This document shows, in pieces, positions 29,901 to 43,170 of a stretch of 64,000 bases of DNA (position 1 is the stretch's first letter; the number at the start of each line of letters is the position of its first letter). The position numbers were made by a program, and so were the translations under genes. The notes under the pieces were generated by a model. That model did no database searches. It was given only the letters and a program-made list of their open reading frames with translations, and was not told the DNA's origin. The DNA is from Chrysomallon squamiferum (taxonomy: Eukaryota; Animalia; Mollusca). The stretch is from positions 14,260,001 through 14,324,000 of the forward strand of contig CM022665.1 of NCBI GenBank assembly GCA_012295275.1. Direction: 5' to 3'.

Positions 29901-32900
29901 TAATCTACACGCATCTTTTTTAATAATTTTTTTTTTTAATAATTATTTGTGCATGTTGTTATGACAAGAAGCAAGTCACATCACTTACATCACTGTAGTA
30001 CATTGGCCATGTATTTGGTAATCTTGCTGCAGGAGAAGCCATGTTCCTGTATGTGAGGACATTGAACAAAGCATGACCTGTCCCCTGTGCTGGAAAAAAA
30101 CACTCCAAGATGGCCGACACTGCATCACTCTGATCAGCCCATGATACATTGAGAGGGCACGCATTGAACAACAGCAAAACAACAGCAGCATTACCCTCTG
30201 CAAACAAAAATATCTCAATTTGGTAATTTATTTAAATTTATATGTATACTGTTTCCAACCGAAAAATATCAATTTGATAATTTAAATTTATATGTATACT
30301 ATCTTCAACAGAAAAATATCAGTTTGGTAATTTATTTAAATTTATATGTATACAGCCTCCAACAGAAAAATATCAGTTTGTGTCCATTTTGATATAAACA
30401 AAACTTAATATTTAATCATAATAATATCAAATCCAAATTTAGAAACTAAATAATATTAATGATATGAATAAAATATTTCTAGTTTTTCAGTATCTTGGGT
30501 TAACTGTTTCTGAAGATTCATTTTTATTACTGATAAAGTATTACACCTAATGTAGTGGAAATTATGAATTTGATATACAGGTAGTTCTCACTTTCAGCCC
30601 CAAAATGGCATCTGAGCAACAGGGTAAATTACACTAATGAGAATCAGCACCCCCATCAAATCAGCCACCCTCATTTGGCACACCATGGCTGCTCTAGCTT
30701 CAATTCAAAGTGCTGCTCACAGTGCTGTTATCAGCAAATGAATGTTGAAGAAACATCTCAGATTGCTTTCCTTTGCTGCTTGTTTGTTTTTTCTTTTACA
30801 TTTTTGAAACTTTTTTTTCAACATGCCAGGATGATGCAATGATACACTGACTGAGACTTCAAACAACAAACAAAAAAAGAACCATAACGTAGGATCAGTA
30901 GTATGAAAAGGACCAGCTTACTAATTACAAGTTGCTCAAAATTGTAGTTTGTGAAAATGAAAAGCAAGAGGAAGAAGAAATTCCTGCCCCCAACTTTACA
31001 TTCTAAGGACTTGATAAAGCTAGAACAAACCATTAAATCTTTTGCCTCACAAGGTCCTAATGAATGGAAAGTCATCATTTTTATAACAGTTTTGTAGGAA
31101 AATACATTATACTTTACAAGATCTTGCTTAATGAGTGATAATTTGGAATGGATTAGCTTGTAAAGTTGAGAACTACCTGTATGATTATAACAGAAAGTGC
31201 ACATCTAAAATACTTACTGTTGTTGACAACATCTTCTAAAAGCTGATTTTGAAATCCTGGCAAACTCAGATCAATTCTGTCATTACTTTCCATTTCCACG
31301 GCCTGACCTGAGGTATAGGAGTTTCATTTAGGTTAACCAATATATGTATTTTCAATATATCAAAAATGTTTACACACACTAATACAAACACCTTCACATA
31401 CTCAAATCATGCATCAGATCACAGTAACGCCAGCAACAATGACACAATTAAAGAATTTTCTTTAAAAATACCACTGATACTACTACTAGTACTACAGCTG
31501 CTGCTATTTATACTACAGAATGAAGTTTCCAAACTTGGCATTGTTGGGACCAGTGCTGTGCCACCAATTAACAGAATATTCTAACTTTTGGAACATCATT
31601 ATACTGTACATACAAACTGGATACTGCACAACCTTTGGGGGACTTATATTTTACTGCAAAAAGACAAAACAAAGCACAAGACACAGATCTGCTCAACACA
31701 GCAAAAACCACTTTGTAAAACTGGTGTGAAGATACATGGTAAATGCATGTGTCATAATGCCATAGCAGCAGATTGGTGAAATAATGCTTGGTTGTAGGAC
31801 TGTTGCCCAGTATTTGGAATTTACTTGGTTTGTGCCAAGTTTTGGCACTTTCTGGAATGCTGACTCTAGGTTCAATCTGAATTCCTGCTGCTATTACTAC
31901 ATCAGTTACTAATGTTCCAACCACCACTGCTGATACTGTACTACTACTCTTACTGCTGTTTCTACTGCTGCTGCTACTTCTGCTATTACTACTATTATTA
32001 TTATGACAACTAATGCTGGTGCTACAGCTATTGCTGGTCATGCTGCTCCTCCTCCTCCTACTACTACTACTACCATCACTATTACCATGCTATATTACTA
32101 CTAATACTACTGTGAGTACTACTGGTATTACAAATGTTATGTCAGTTTCTGCTACTACTGGTACCAATAATGCTGTGACTGCTATTACTACAACTACATT
32201 TATCACAATCACCAGTCAAACAACTGACTGATCAGTAAAGTGAACTTACCAGTTCCTAGGCAGACAAAAATAAGTTCTGTATCTTTTACTGCATTCTTCA
32301 CTGATTTTGAGTCATACTTGCTACAGTGTGTATCATCACAACCAGCAGCAAACTTGACAATTCTTCCAATCTGTGACAGCCCATCCAGTGGTGTGGTAAT
32401 GTAGTTAGGGAGACTGTCAGGAGCATAATCACCAAACAGCTGTAATGAATTGTTTGCCATAGGACCTACAATCTGCAAATTGGCAAAAAAAAAGAACAAA
32501 AAGAAAGAAAGTAGAAAACAAAAATTAAATAGCTGTCCGCAGTCTAAAAAAAGAAAGAATAAAAAATCAAGAATATTATGAATAAAAAAAAAACATTTAA
32601 ATATATTTATGGTGGTATGGATAGATATTTTAAATACTCAAACTGGGCATAAAAAGAATTAAAAACAAAACAAAACAAAATAGATCTTAATATGTATCTG
32701 TATAAAATAACTAAAAATTTTAATTGTTCTTGTTATTTTTATTGTCATACTTTAATCTGTTAATGATCACTAGAAATAAACAAAAAATAACTCACAGTAC
32801 ATCAGATGTATACAGACTATTTGTTCAAGCTAACTGAGTCACATTTAAAAATCTGTTCTGTTTAAAAACTATCACAGAACTTGCTTTTACAAGTTCTTTT

Positions 32901-35900
32901 GCCACGATGGAAAAGCATAATAGTTAATACTGTGATTGTCAAGCACTGGCTTTAATGGGACATAACAAAATAACTAGGTTCATTCCTTCACCATTTATAA
33001 CAAAAACCAGAATATATTGTGATAGTACTGTAAATTTTAATTAAAAATAAATAACTAAATAAATATCGTTTAATGTTATTACAAATTTTAATGAATAATA
33101 AATAATTGAATATATATTTTAATGGTATTATAACTTTTAATTAAAAAGAAATAATGAAATATATACTGCAATGATATTCTACATTTTCAATAAAAATAAA
33201 TGAATATACATTGTGATGGTATGTTAAATTTTCAATAAAAATAAATGAATGAATGAATACACACCGTGACAGTATTGTACATTTTCTTTAAAGGTAGAAA
33301 ATTCCCAGCATTCTTCAGGAGAACAAATGTTTTCTCTGCTGCTTCTATTGCTAGTGCCTGATGTTCTGGTTTCTCTACTTCAGACATATTCAGTTTAGTG
33401 TAAGGGTTCATTTCAGGGGGGTCAAACTCCCCCAGTCTCATTCTAGTGTAAAACAATGGCTTGACACTTTCCCTGACAAAACTCTCATTCAGTTTCTTTA
33501 GTTTCACACCTTCCACTGAAATAAAGAATGTTTAAATTTATTTTATAAGTAACATAAAACAAAAACAATTTTTTTTTTAAAACAGTTACCCCCTAGATGT
33601 TAACTGTGATATCTTTAAGAACAAAAATTAATTATAGCAGTTCACTAACAAGGCACAATATTTGTGTCACATAATTGCTGTGTCAGTAATGAAAAAATAA
33701 ATTTCCCTGAACAGTTAAAAATGGAAATGTATTGGCCTAAAATTAACATTTTCACCTTTCACAGTGACAGGATCTTTATTCATACCAGTAGACTGTTACA
33801 ACAGAAATCTTCACACTAATGTGCTGCAGATTAATATATAGTTATTAAGCATTAATTTACTTAGTCACCTAAAGAGATAGATATTTTTGACACTGGTACT
33901 AATTTTATACCTCACACCCACATATGTATGACAGTTATTGTACACCCAACTAATCACTCTGGATACTAACTTAACTTAAGCACCCATCAACTCATCTTTG
34001 GACAGTCACATGTGTTTGGCTCTGGGTGAATAATAATTTTATTCCAGCAAATAGTTAGATATGTATGATACTGGATTTTAATTTCCACCCAAAACCCATC
34101 TACCGCCTAGTCAGTCAGATATGGATAGGACTAGTGGATATGAATAAAACACCCAGCACAGCCAGTTGTGTATGGTACTGGATGGATATTAACTGTGTAC
34201 CAAACACCCATCTACCCACCAATAGTCAGGTATGCAGGGAAAGGGATGTCTCCTGATAACTCCAGATTGCAGCCAGCATTCAGACAATCAGCAGCCATGT
34301 CGATGCTGTTGTTGGCATAGTGATGTCCAGTTTTTAAGTTTTCTACTGCACCTTCATCACTGAACACATAACCAGTGAAATGCCATTCGTTCCTTAGAAT
34401 ATCAGTCAACAGACGCTTGTGTGCACACGTGGGGATTCCATTAAGACTGAAACACATAGATAACAAATCCAACTAGTAAGAAGATGAAATTTTAATCAGA
34501 ATCAATCATTATTCTTTAAAGAAATTTTAAAAATGAATTTGGTGTTATTAATATAGATTCAGCAACCAGTGATTAATTGTTTACATGTCACCATCTCAAC
34601 ATGTATCATGTTACTAAAAGTCAAATACCAGAATGATAGTGTTCTTGTTATTAATTATTATTAATATCATTTCTAAATGTTTCTTTCTCTGTTGATCCTA
34701 CTGTTATTGTTTTTGTTTGTTAATAACATAGGTATTTCAACTGGCCTGTCATCTAGAATACTGGGCAAAGGCCACTGTTAACTATCCTCTGTTTAAAACA
34801 AACATCTACATCCTATCCCCACAGGCTAATACCTTAGTGTAAGTTTGAATTTGTGAATATAACTTTTAACAAATATATTGATAAAAAAATTGTCTCCAGA
34901 AATAAATAAAAAAACAATTACAGGAAGATTAATCAAATATACTGGTTTGGAACAAAAGTTTGTCAGCATTTTTTCAATAGGTGGCATTTGAGTACAAGAT
35001 TTTGTTACTGAAATGTATGACATATTCTGAAAGGTGAACAAAATGGTACATTTGTGGTTGAACAAATTGGTGTACAAATGTCTAAATATTGTCTCTGAAT
35101 TTCACTCAAAAAAACACCATGAACTTCTAATCCAACCCTATATTTGACACTTTAATAAATAAATGATGTTCAAAATAAGGCCTCATATTATAAGGTTTTT
35201 ATATGCACCTTCCTAAAAACAGGAAATTACATATATTGGGAACAGTAATCAGCAAAATGAGATCTTGAAACCTGAAACACATCAAGTGAGTGCTTTACCT
35301 ATAAAACCCCCAAATCTGACTACTTCTGATGATGATTATCATCATTATACCCTGTATTAACATATATATATATATATATATATTTAAAAAAAAAAAAAAA
35401 AAAAAAATTCAAATGACATAAAACAGAACTTTTTGAAAACCTGCAAAATCTACATCATTAATATATTAATACATTTTTTAATTCTTTCAAGAATTATTAT
35501 CAATTTTAATTAATATTTAGTTTCTACTGGTAAATGTTTTGGTAATATAGATCAGTATAAACTATCTGCAAAAGGTATTAAAAGAATCACACAAAAAAAG
35601 TATAGTAAATAAATAACCTGTGATTTACCAAAACAAACAAACCTAATTTTTCTTAAACAAGCAAGTTTCTAAAGATAAACTGTAATCCATATGCTGATTA
35701 TCTTATCTGATTATGTTTAGTAATATATAACAGATACAAAGTTATATCAGTATTATCTATTTCAGTGTGCTACAAAATTAGATATCAAGATATACTCATT
35801 TTTATCTGTGTCTACAATAATATAAAAAACTCAGTCACTATAACAGTTATTTATGATTTAATTTTCTGATAATGGTTTACTGGTCAAATGCACACACTCA

Positions 35901-38900
35901 AACTGTTTATTTCTTTGTTTATTATTTATATGGAAATTCAGATGATCAATAAACAAAACCCATCTCAGAGACTGTTTTGAAACTTTTGCCTTTTTGTTAT
36001 TAGTATTATTATTATTTGTTTGCTTCCTTGACAAGATCTTCAAAAATCACGATATTTATATCTAATGGGTATAAAACCTTTTAATTTCTAAACATAAGAA
36101 TAACAATCTTAATAATTTCTAGAATATTCAAAGTAAACCTTTTTTAAACTTTCATCTTTTATTATTATTATTTTGCAGTTTATTATCAAACAGTGGTGAT
36201 TGTGTTGAGTTGTAAAACACAAATATTTAGTTATAATCTGCTGATTAGTTAGTTATCTGTATTATCAATTTTAAACTGTACTTTTACCAGACAATAAAAT
36301 TAGAGTAAAGGGTATTCACATGTCTGCTTGTTATGTGAACTGTATAAGTACACTGTTATAACTAAAGAAGTTATGGAATAAAAAACATGTCCAAATCTTT
36401 TAATTAATATACATTGTTTTATTTTGTATAAAAATATATGAAGGCATTTGCAGCCATCAGAAGATCTATCTTTCTTTAAGTTCCAATTCAGCTTTTGCCT
36501 GTTCCAACTAGACCTCCTCAGATGGTTAATCAAATCCATAGTATGTGTTATTTTCTTCTAAGAAAAGATGCATATAAAGGATTCTTAGGTAAAATCTAAT
36601 GATAATATACTTTAAACATAAGACAGAATACCTTGTGTATGTGCATCCTATACTGTATGTTCCTGCCTGAACACAGCGACGAAATGCTGGCAAATATGTT
36701 GTTCTCAGATCTCTTTCAGGAACCTTCGCAAACAGAAAATAATTATAAAAAGTAATGTAGATACTTGAGAATTTTCTTCAAAGAAAAAAATAAAAAATTA
36801 ACATGAAATGAATATATAAAATAATATAGATAACTGAGACTTTTTAAAAACTATCACAAATAATAATTAAAAAAATAATATTAAGAAAATAGATGAAATA
36901 ATATTAAATGATATAGATTGTCTTTAGTAACAAATCAGGTATTTAAGAATATTTTTAATCAAAAAAAAAAAAAAAAAAAAAAAAAGGTACAAATCAGAAT
37001 GATGCCAGTAATTGGGAATGTATCTTTCATTACCACACAAAAAAAAATTATGTCTCAGTGATGTTTGTTTTGAGATTTATTTTGATAAAAATAACAATAA
37101 AAATATTAATGAAATATGAATAGATGTAAAAACAGATATTTTGATAAAAAAAAGTAAAAACAGTTAATCTTATTCTGTTAAAATTTAAGACTAGTTACTT
37201 TAGCATCAAAACCCATTCTTGAAACTGGAAGGTTCTCAGGCCCATCATAAGCAGCAATATGTTTGCAACCTGCATTCGCCCGAATATATCGAGGATGATT
37301 TCCTTGGAGACCATTTACAAAATAAGCTGCATATTCACCAGCAAAATAGGGATCTTCACCATAAGTTTCCTATTAAATGAGTAAAGTAAATATATTAAAC
37401 AATAAAATTAAAATCAGACCAAATGAAGGTAGTCATTTAAATCATAAATTCTGTGAAAAATGGCAGATAAAACAACAACAGAAAAGAGAACAAAAGTGAG
37501 AAAAATAAAAGTTATGATGAAACAATTTAAATTTGTTTTAACAAAAAACTAGAGCTTATTAATTTTCTGATACTGTGTACTGGAAGTCAAATATTTGATT
37601 AATTCTTTCTTGAATAGAAACCTGCTATATTTTTCAACTAACAGTTATTAATCTTTTAGGAAGTATATTCCGAGAGGTTTGATAACCATCACGGAGCTCT
37701 CTGTTAGCAGAGACTAGAAGTACCATTATTGTAAGAGACATTTTTTCAGTCTTATACATTTTGTTGAGTACTAGCTAGAACAGTGAGCATGAGTGATCCT
37801 GCAACCAGTCAAGTCTCAGATATGTACTCTAACACTCAGCTATAGTCCACATTTTTGTTAGTGTATAAATAATACCTGGTTTCTTCCCCATCTTGGGTCT
37901 CTCAGTATGTTGATTACAGGACTAAAACAGCTCAATCCTTTGTGATCACCATATTGACCTTTTCTAACATAATCATTGAACTTAGCATGAACTTCCACTG
38001 AAGTAGCTTCTCCCACTCTGTATATCAAATCAGTACTACAAAAAATGAATTAAAAATAAACAAATAATAATAATAATAATAATAAAAAACTAAATAAAAT
38101 TAGAAAAAAAAAAAAAAAAAAAAAAAAAACTAAATAAAAGAAATACTCATTTTAAAATTCTTCTTCAATTCTTCTGTGTAAAAAATAAAATTGTTTGAAT
38201 GTAATAAATAATTTTGAACTGTGTTAGTATATATATATTTCTAACTTAATGGTGTTTCTTTTTATCTGAAATAAAATAATTTTTAAAAAGATGTGATTTT
38301 ATTAAAAATAAGAACAATTTGAATTCTAGCCATTAATTTATCTTTCATTAAAGAAAATTGTGTTCTAAAATTAAAATTAAACAGCAGAAATGTGTTAAAA
38401 GTCAAATCTGAAATTATTAAAAACTTAAACAATAATTTCAGATTTAACTTTTAACACATTTCTACTGTAATTATTTTATAAACTGATGTATGTGAATTTC
38501 ATTATCAACAAAATTCATCATGAACTGAAACACTGGCAAACAGATAAATGTATCAGCAAAATAAAAAATATTCAGTTTTGTTTTATTTAATAATGTTAAA
38601 AATTATTCACTTTACCGAACATTTTAATATTCAAGTACTCAAGGCAATGTATATAGATCTACTAATAGTTTTGCTGTCTTGTTACTTAGGTACCAATTAC
38701 TAATTCTGGATAAAAGCTGTTACAATACTAATGGGATGTATATAGATGTCAGAATTTATCCTTTTACTATTACTATATATGTGTTGGTTACAAAATATTC
38801 TTTAGCAGTAACAGAAACATGAGACAGATAAAAACTCAGAGAAAAAGGTGAAGGAAAGAGAATCAGAAAGAGAGTGTAATGGAAAGAAAGATTGTTGCAG

Positions 38901-39436
38901 CATTTCTCAATCAAAATTTTAAATAAGTATTTTAAAACAATTATATGGAAATGATAATGAAATTAAGATTATTTTTAACAACAAATTTAAAAACAAATGG
39001 AAGAAAAAAGAAAAAGAAAATGTTAATTTTTTGAAGTAAAATACACATTTCTACTTCCAAGTTAAAATTCTAAACAGTCACACAAGCAGTGATGAGCTTG
39101 GCATCTGTTTATTGTTCCTTTTTACCTAAAGGCAGCTGCAAGACCAATAGCTTGTGGGTAGGATGTAGCATTTCCAGCTTGAACATCACCACGGAGACAT
39201 TCTGTGTTCCAGGAATAGGGACCTATACCAAGTCGTTTGATAGGGGGTGCTGGTCCTCCAAAACTGCCAGCACCACCTTTAGCTAACTGAAACATGATCT
39301 CTTCTAGAGTGAGGCGACCTACAAGATCTTCTACCCGATCTCTCCATGGTAATGAGATGTTTCTAAATGGGTAATCATCTTGAAGATACATTCCAGATGT
39401 CAACATAGCCAGAATAACAAATAACACAAGAAGCAT
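26835..39436 (-). CDS. Glycoside hydrolase family 3 (beta-D-xylosidase/BXL-like), secreted; 12 coding exons, 2226 nt, 741 aa
   Basis: Exons 39436-39126, 38035-37876, 37369-37199, 36723-36632, 34446-34220, 33515-33265, 32472-32250, 31307-31218, 30197-29989, 29024-28824, 28349-28175 and 26950-26835 all join in frame through GT-AG introns. Signal peptide [17 protein letters not shown]3 motifs: [50 protein letters not shown] (nucleophile Asp), FVLLKN, EMESNDR (acid/base region), YPFGYGLSY, then a C-terminal Fn3-like region. Confidence 0.96.
28175..28349 (-). CDS. GH3 coding exon 11 (Fn3-like)
   Basis: [26 protein letters not shown]...WVVEP. Confidence 0.95.
28824..29024 (-). CDS. GH3 coding exon 10
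   Basis: [32 protein letters not shown]...NVGDYDTDE. Confidence 0.95.
29989..30197 (-). CDS. GH3 coding exon 9
   Basis: [20 protein letters not shown]...[11 protein letters not shown]...[10 protein letters not shown]. Confidence 0.95.
30206..30380. repeat. Minisatellite, about 50-56 bp unit, 3 and a bit copies, abutting a GH3 splice acceptor
   Basis: AAAAATATC..TTTGGTAATTTATTTAAATTTATATGTATAC...CAAC.G repeated. Confidence 0.85.
31218..31307 (-). CDS. GH3 coding exon 8 (acid/base region)
   Basis: [29 protein letters not shown]; CAG acceptor and GTAAGT donor. Too short to appear in the ORF track. Confidence 0.94.
31880..32200. repeat. Degenerate (CTA/CTG)n low-complexity tract in a GH3 intron
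   Basis: Direct reading. Confidence 0.85.
32250..32472 (-). CDS. GH3 coding exon 7
   Basis: [18 protein letters not shown]...LIFVCLGT; GTAAG donor. Confidence 0.95.
33265..33515 (-). CDS. GH3 coding exon 6
   Basis: [34 protein letters not shown]...[13 protein letters not shown]. Confidence 0.95.
34220..34446 (-). CDS. GH3 coding exon 5 (catalytic nucleophile)
   Basis: [33 protein letters not shown]...AGCNLE; the GTGGGT donor gives the phase required by the next exon. Confidence 0.94.
36632..36723 (-). CDS. GH3 coding exon 4
   Basis: [30 protein letters not shown]; the acceptor is an atypical AAG. Confidence 0.9.
37199..37369 (-). CDS. GH3 coding exon 3
   Basis: [57 protein letters not shown]. 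Confidence 0.95.
37876..38035 (-). CDS. GH3 coding exon 2
   Basis: [21 protein letters not shown]...[17 protein letters not shown], with AG/GT boundaries. Confidence 0.95.
38381..38468. repeat. Near-perfect 38-bp inverted repeat with 12-nt loop in a GH3 intron
   Basis: 38381-38418 matches the reverse complement of 38431-38468 at 36/38 positions. Confidence 0.92.
39126..39436 (-). CDS. GH3 coding exon 1 (signal peptide to AAAF)
   Basis: ATG at 39436 lies 11 nt after a poly-T/CAG acceptor, implying an upstream non-coding exon. Translates [26 protein letters not shown]...[12 protein letters not shown] donor at 39125. Confidence 0.93.
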
Positions 39437-39872
39437 TTTGAATAATACTGAAAAAAAAAAAAAAAAAATAATAAAATGTATACTTAGAAAACTAACTTTA
39501 CCAGTCAAAATTTTAATTAACACGCACATACACATACAAATTAATATTAAAAATAAATAAAAGGTATCAAACAATGCCAACCAAAACACACACACAAAAA
39601 CACACACATTGTTTTAAATTGTTATGATGCTGATGTCCTCAATGCATGTATTATTCTCTCTTAGTTTTAAGGCAGGTTTTGAAATTTGTCTTCACCCTAC
39701 AAGAGCAAATACTAGCAAATATGTATTGTATATAAATAAAATATATATAGAAAAAAGAAGGTTAATATTGGAATAATAAGTATTTTATTGTTTAGTTCAG
39801 TATTTTTTATTGTTTCAAACAATTTGTTATTATTATTATTAGGAAGGGAAAGGTATTATTAAGAGGAATTTA

Positions 39873-39913
<41 letters not shown>

Positions 39914-41180
39914 TAATAATGTTTTATTATAACATGGGTTATTATTATTATTTTTTAGAGGCATTACAATCTAAAAATGACTGGTGACTGCTTGCATTAT
40001 GCCTTCATTGACAATAATTTATCCCTGAACATTAGTCCAGTATTGACTAAATTGTGGGTAGAAAAGAAAATATATTTTTTTTTAATAAAAAATCAGATAA
40101 TAATAATATATATATATATTAAATAAAGAGAGGGGAAGAAAGATAAAGCGACAGAACAAAGGAAACAATCAAATAAAATATTTATTATTTTAAATGATCC
40201 CATTTATGATTTAATTACACAACAATACAGCAAGAAAGAAAAGAAAGAACAAAAAGTATTCTTGAGGCTTTATTAATGCCACCGAAAAAATGCGTTGAAA
40301 TACAAGCCTCATCAAACTAATCACAAGCACACGCACAAGCAAAAGCAATATTTAAATGTGATCAACATTTCACGAAATGACTACTACATACTCTTCTAAA
40401 TCCTACGAGTTATGTCCCCCTTGGAGACGGGGTTTATACGCGGACTTCTCTCTTTCTTTTTTTTTAACCCATATTTGATTACTTATTAATAAAACACCTT
40501 ATTAGTTATTTTTATTTTATATTTATTCATTAGAGTTATTGTGATATAATGAAATAATGCTTATTATCTTGTTAAATTTTTTTTTTTTCTATGAAATCCG
40601 TGAATTAGAGCTAACCGTGCAACCATAAACATTATTTACAGATGATGCGTTCTGGTATTGTAACGAATGAACGGCAACCGTGGATTTTAGCTCAGCTTTC
40701 GTTTGTATCAGTTTTCCTTTAACAGAAATGTATTTATTTATTTAGTCGCAAGTGTTTTTACAATACTTGCACTAAAGGTTGTTTTCACCACTTGATGGTG
40801 TTAAAAATAAACAAATAAATAAACAAACAAACAAATAAATAAATAAATAAATAAAAGCGATACCTGTACTAGTTTTTGCGGTATTCGTAACTGTTGGTGC
40901 ATGCATTGTGTATAACAAATAAAAGCTGAGTTGGGATGTTATCGCCCAGATATCTATATGTATAATTATCGAAAACGATACAAAAATATGAAGCAGTTAT
41001 GTATTATGTAGGCAACAATTTTACCTGCTTTCCTTGATTAACCTTCAGATTTAGCTAGGCCATCCAGAGTGACAAGATCATGTGATTATTTTTGAACGCC
41101 AATGTGTCACGTGTTTATTATGATTATCATAATTATTTCAAAACGAAACAGAAGTGTCCTCTGCATGGAAAATCGACAGA

Positions 41181-41213
<33 letters not shown>

Positions 41214-42454
41214 ATAATAATAATAAATAAATAAATAAATAAAATAAAATAAAATTTGCTAGCTGTCCCCATTGGTAGATCATAGGAAATTAGTACAGAT
41301 TTATCTCGTAGCAGTAGTAATATAAAAACTCTTTGTTGTGTTTTGATACGTATCTGACTTACTTTAAAAATATTATGACATAATATTTAAATATTACATA
41401 AATATTGCCTTGCAGTACTACTTTTCGTACAGTATCGTTGTTGTTGTTTTATTAAGCAGGCCAGTGTTTACTGTTCTTGTTCTTTTGAAAGCTGTAAAAT
41501 GAACAATACCAACCACTGTAGTAATAAAATATCGATCCTGTTCAAATTTCGTAGAAAGTTGCAGTCTCAAACACAAAGCACACTTATTAATCGGAAAATG
41601 TTAAGCGCTACCCGAAACGGTGACCTTTTGACCTCTGGTGACCCAGTTTTGAGGTGTATATGCTTACTTTGACGTGGAGTTGATGTAGCCTTAACAAACA
41701 TACAGTTTGAGTTGTGAAGTGTTATTATAGTTCACTCTAAGGAACGTTATTCCGAATTAAGTTTCCCCTACCCCCAAAATTTAGTTCGAAATTGTGTACA
41801 CACATTATACGGTTTTCAGAGTGAAAACGATAGAAAGCTACTCGACAGGAAATGCTATCGCATCATCTTAATACCTAAATACATACACCTATCAAGAAAA
41901 CCCTATGAGCCTTTGTCCCTCTGAGCCGTACCAGTTCATTAAAATTTGGCCTCTATCACATAAAATATTACCTGCCGTTTAGTTTTAATTTTAGAGAAGT
42001 TAAAAGAAATGTTTGATGTTATACATTGTGTTAGGAAGATTTTAGCAGTGATCTGTTGTGTACAATTTATACCTATATACGCATGCACCACAGCCTTAGA
42101 TAAACCAACTGTAGATCACTAGGTAGGGTGGGAAATACAGTCAGGGTTGACGTCAGTGTTAGCTGAACCCAGATGATTATTAATCTAATTTGTCAGATAC
42201 TAAAAAATAGTATTTAGAAATAAAAACAGTGAAGATCGCACCGGATCAGTTTCAGATCCTTACTAAAAGACGTCATTTTCACTCTTAGAATGTTTCAAAG
42301 ACGGTTCACCGTACATCAGCTGATAATGCCCCAGGTGGAAAATTTAAAAAAAATAAAAAAATAAAAAAATAAATAATAATAATAATAAAATACAATAAAA
42401 TAAAATAACGAATTACAACTAATACGAATGTGAACTCAGCACTGGCGTAAAAAA

Positions 42455-43170
42455 ACTTGGACCGACGTTACCTAGCAGGAGATGAAGACCATGTTAGCCG
42501 GGAATCAGTCCAAAAGCCGAGATGCGGCAGCATTGGTCAACAGATTCACTCCTTGCGTCACCCATTTTCGGCGAGACGGTGCCAAGGGACTGATTCTTGG
42601 ACAACTCAAACTAAGAGTTGGAAGAGGACAAAGCCGACAGGCTGTATAAACTACATCCCATTGTGGACTCCATCGCTGAGCGGTATCGCACCGACTTCAT
42701 ATCAAGCCAAAATATCAGTGGAAAGGAGAACCTCATGATATTCAAGGGCAAATTCAAATTCCGTCAGTACCTTTCAGTGAAAAGAACTAGATTTAGCATC
42801 AAAGTATACTAGAGATCATCCCATCGTACCGGCTCAAATCAACGATCTCGACTATACTCTGACGATGGATCGAGGGCTTTCGTATCTAGATTTTGTTCCA
42901 GTCCTGCACCATAACAGATTGAACGTCACTGAGACAGTCAAAAAAAAAAAAAAAAAAAAAAAGTGAATGCGTACATCTTGCACACGACAACCATCAAATG
43001 TTGCAGACTTCCGTTTGCCCTTTATCCATGATACACTGGCAGACTGAAACCTCGCCTACCTGTATAGTGACAATGAATTAGGCCCATGTTGAGCATCTTG
43101 AGCAAGCGCCATTTTCTGGTATAGCAAAGTGAACAGCTAGCCGGCGCTGTGCCTCCTTCGTTTATTGACC
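42455..43170 (+). mobile_element. piggyBac (PGBD4-like) transposase fossil
   Basis: Successive broken frames give WTDVT*QEMK, EMRQHWSTDSLLASPIFGETVPRD*F, DRLYKLHPIV...FKGKFKFRQYLSVKRTRFSIKVY, YTLTMDR...NVTETVK and VNAYILH, in the order of piggyBac transposase motifs. Stops, deletions and loss of the first catalytic Asp (IDE -> GKE). Confidence 0.85.

Noticed and set aside
30206-30380. Regularly repeated unit considered as a CRISPR-like array
   Set aside because: Head-to-tail minisatellite without unique spacers, in a eukaryotic intron.
31568-32231. 157-aa and 72-aa ORFs within a GH3 intron
   Set aside because: Driven by (CTA/CTG)n low complexity; no recognisable domain.
41620-41644. TGACCT-tt-TGACCT DR2 nuclear-receptor-like site upstream of CRY
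   Set aside because: Lacks the AT-rich 5' extension of RORE/RevDR2, and TGACC-type motifs recur elsewhere in the window.
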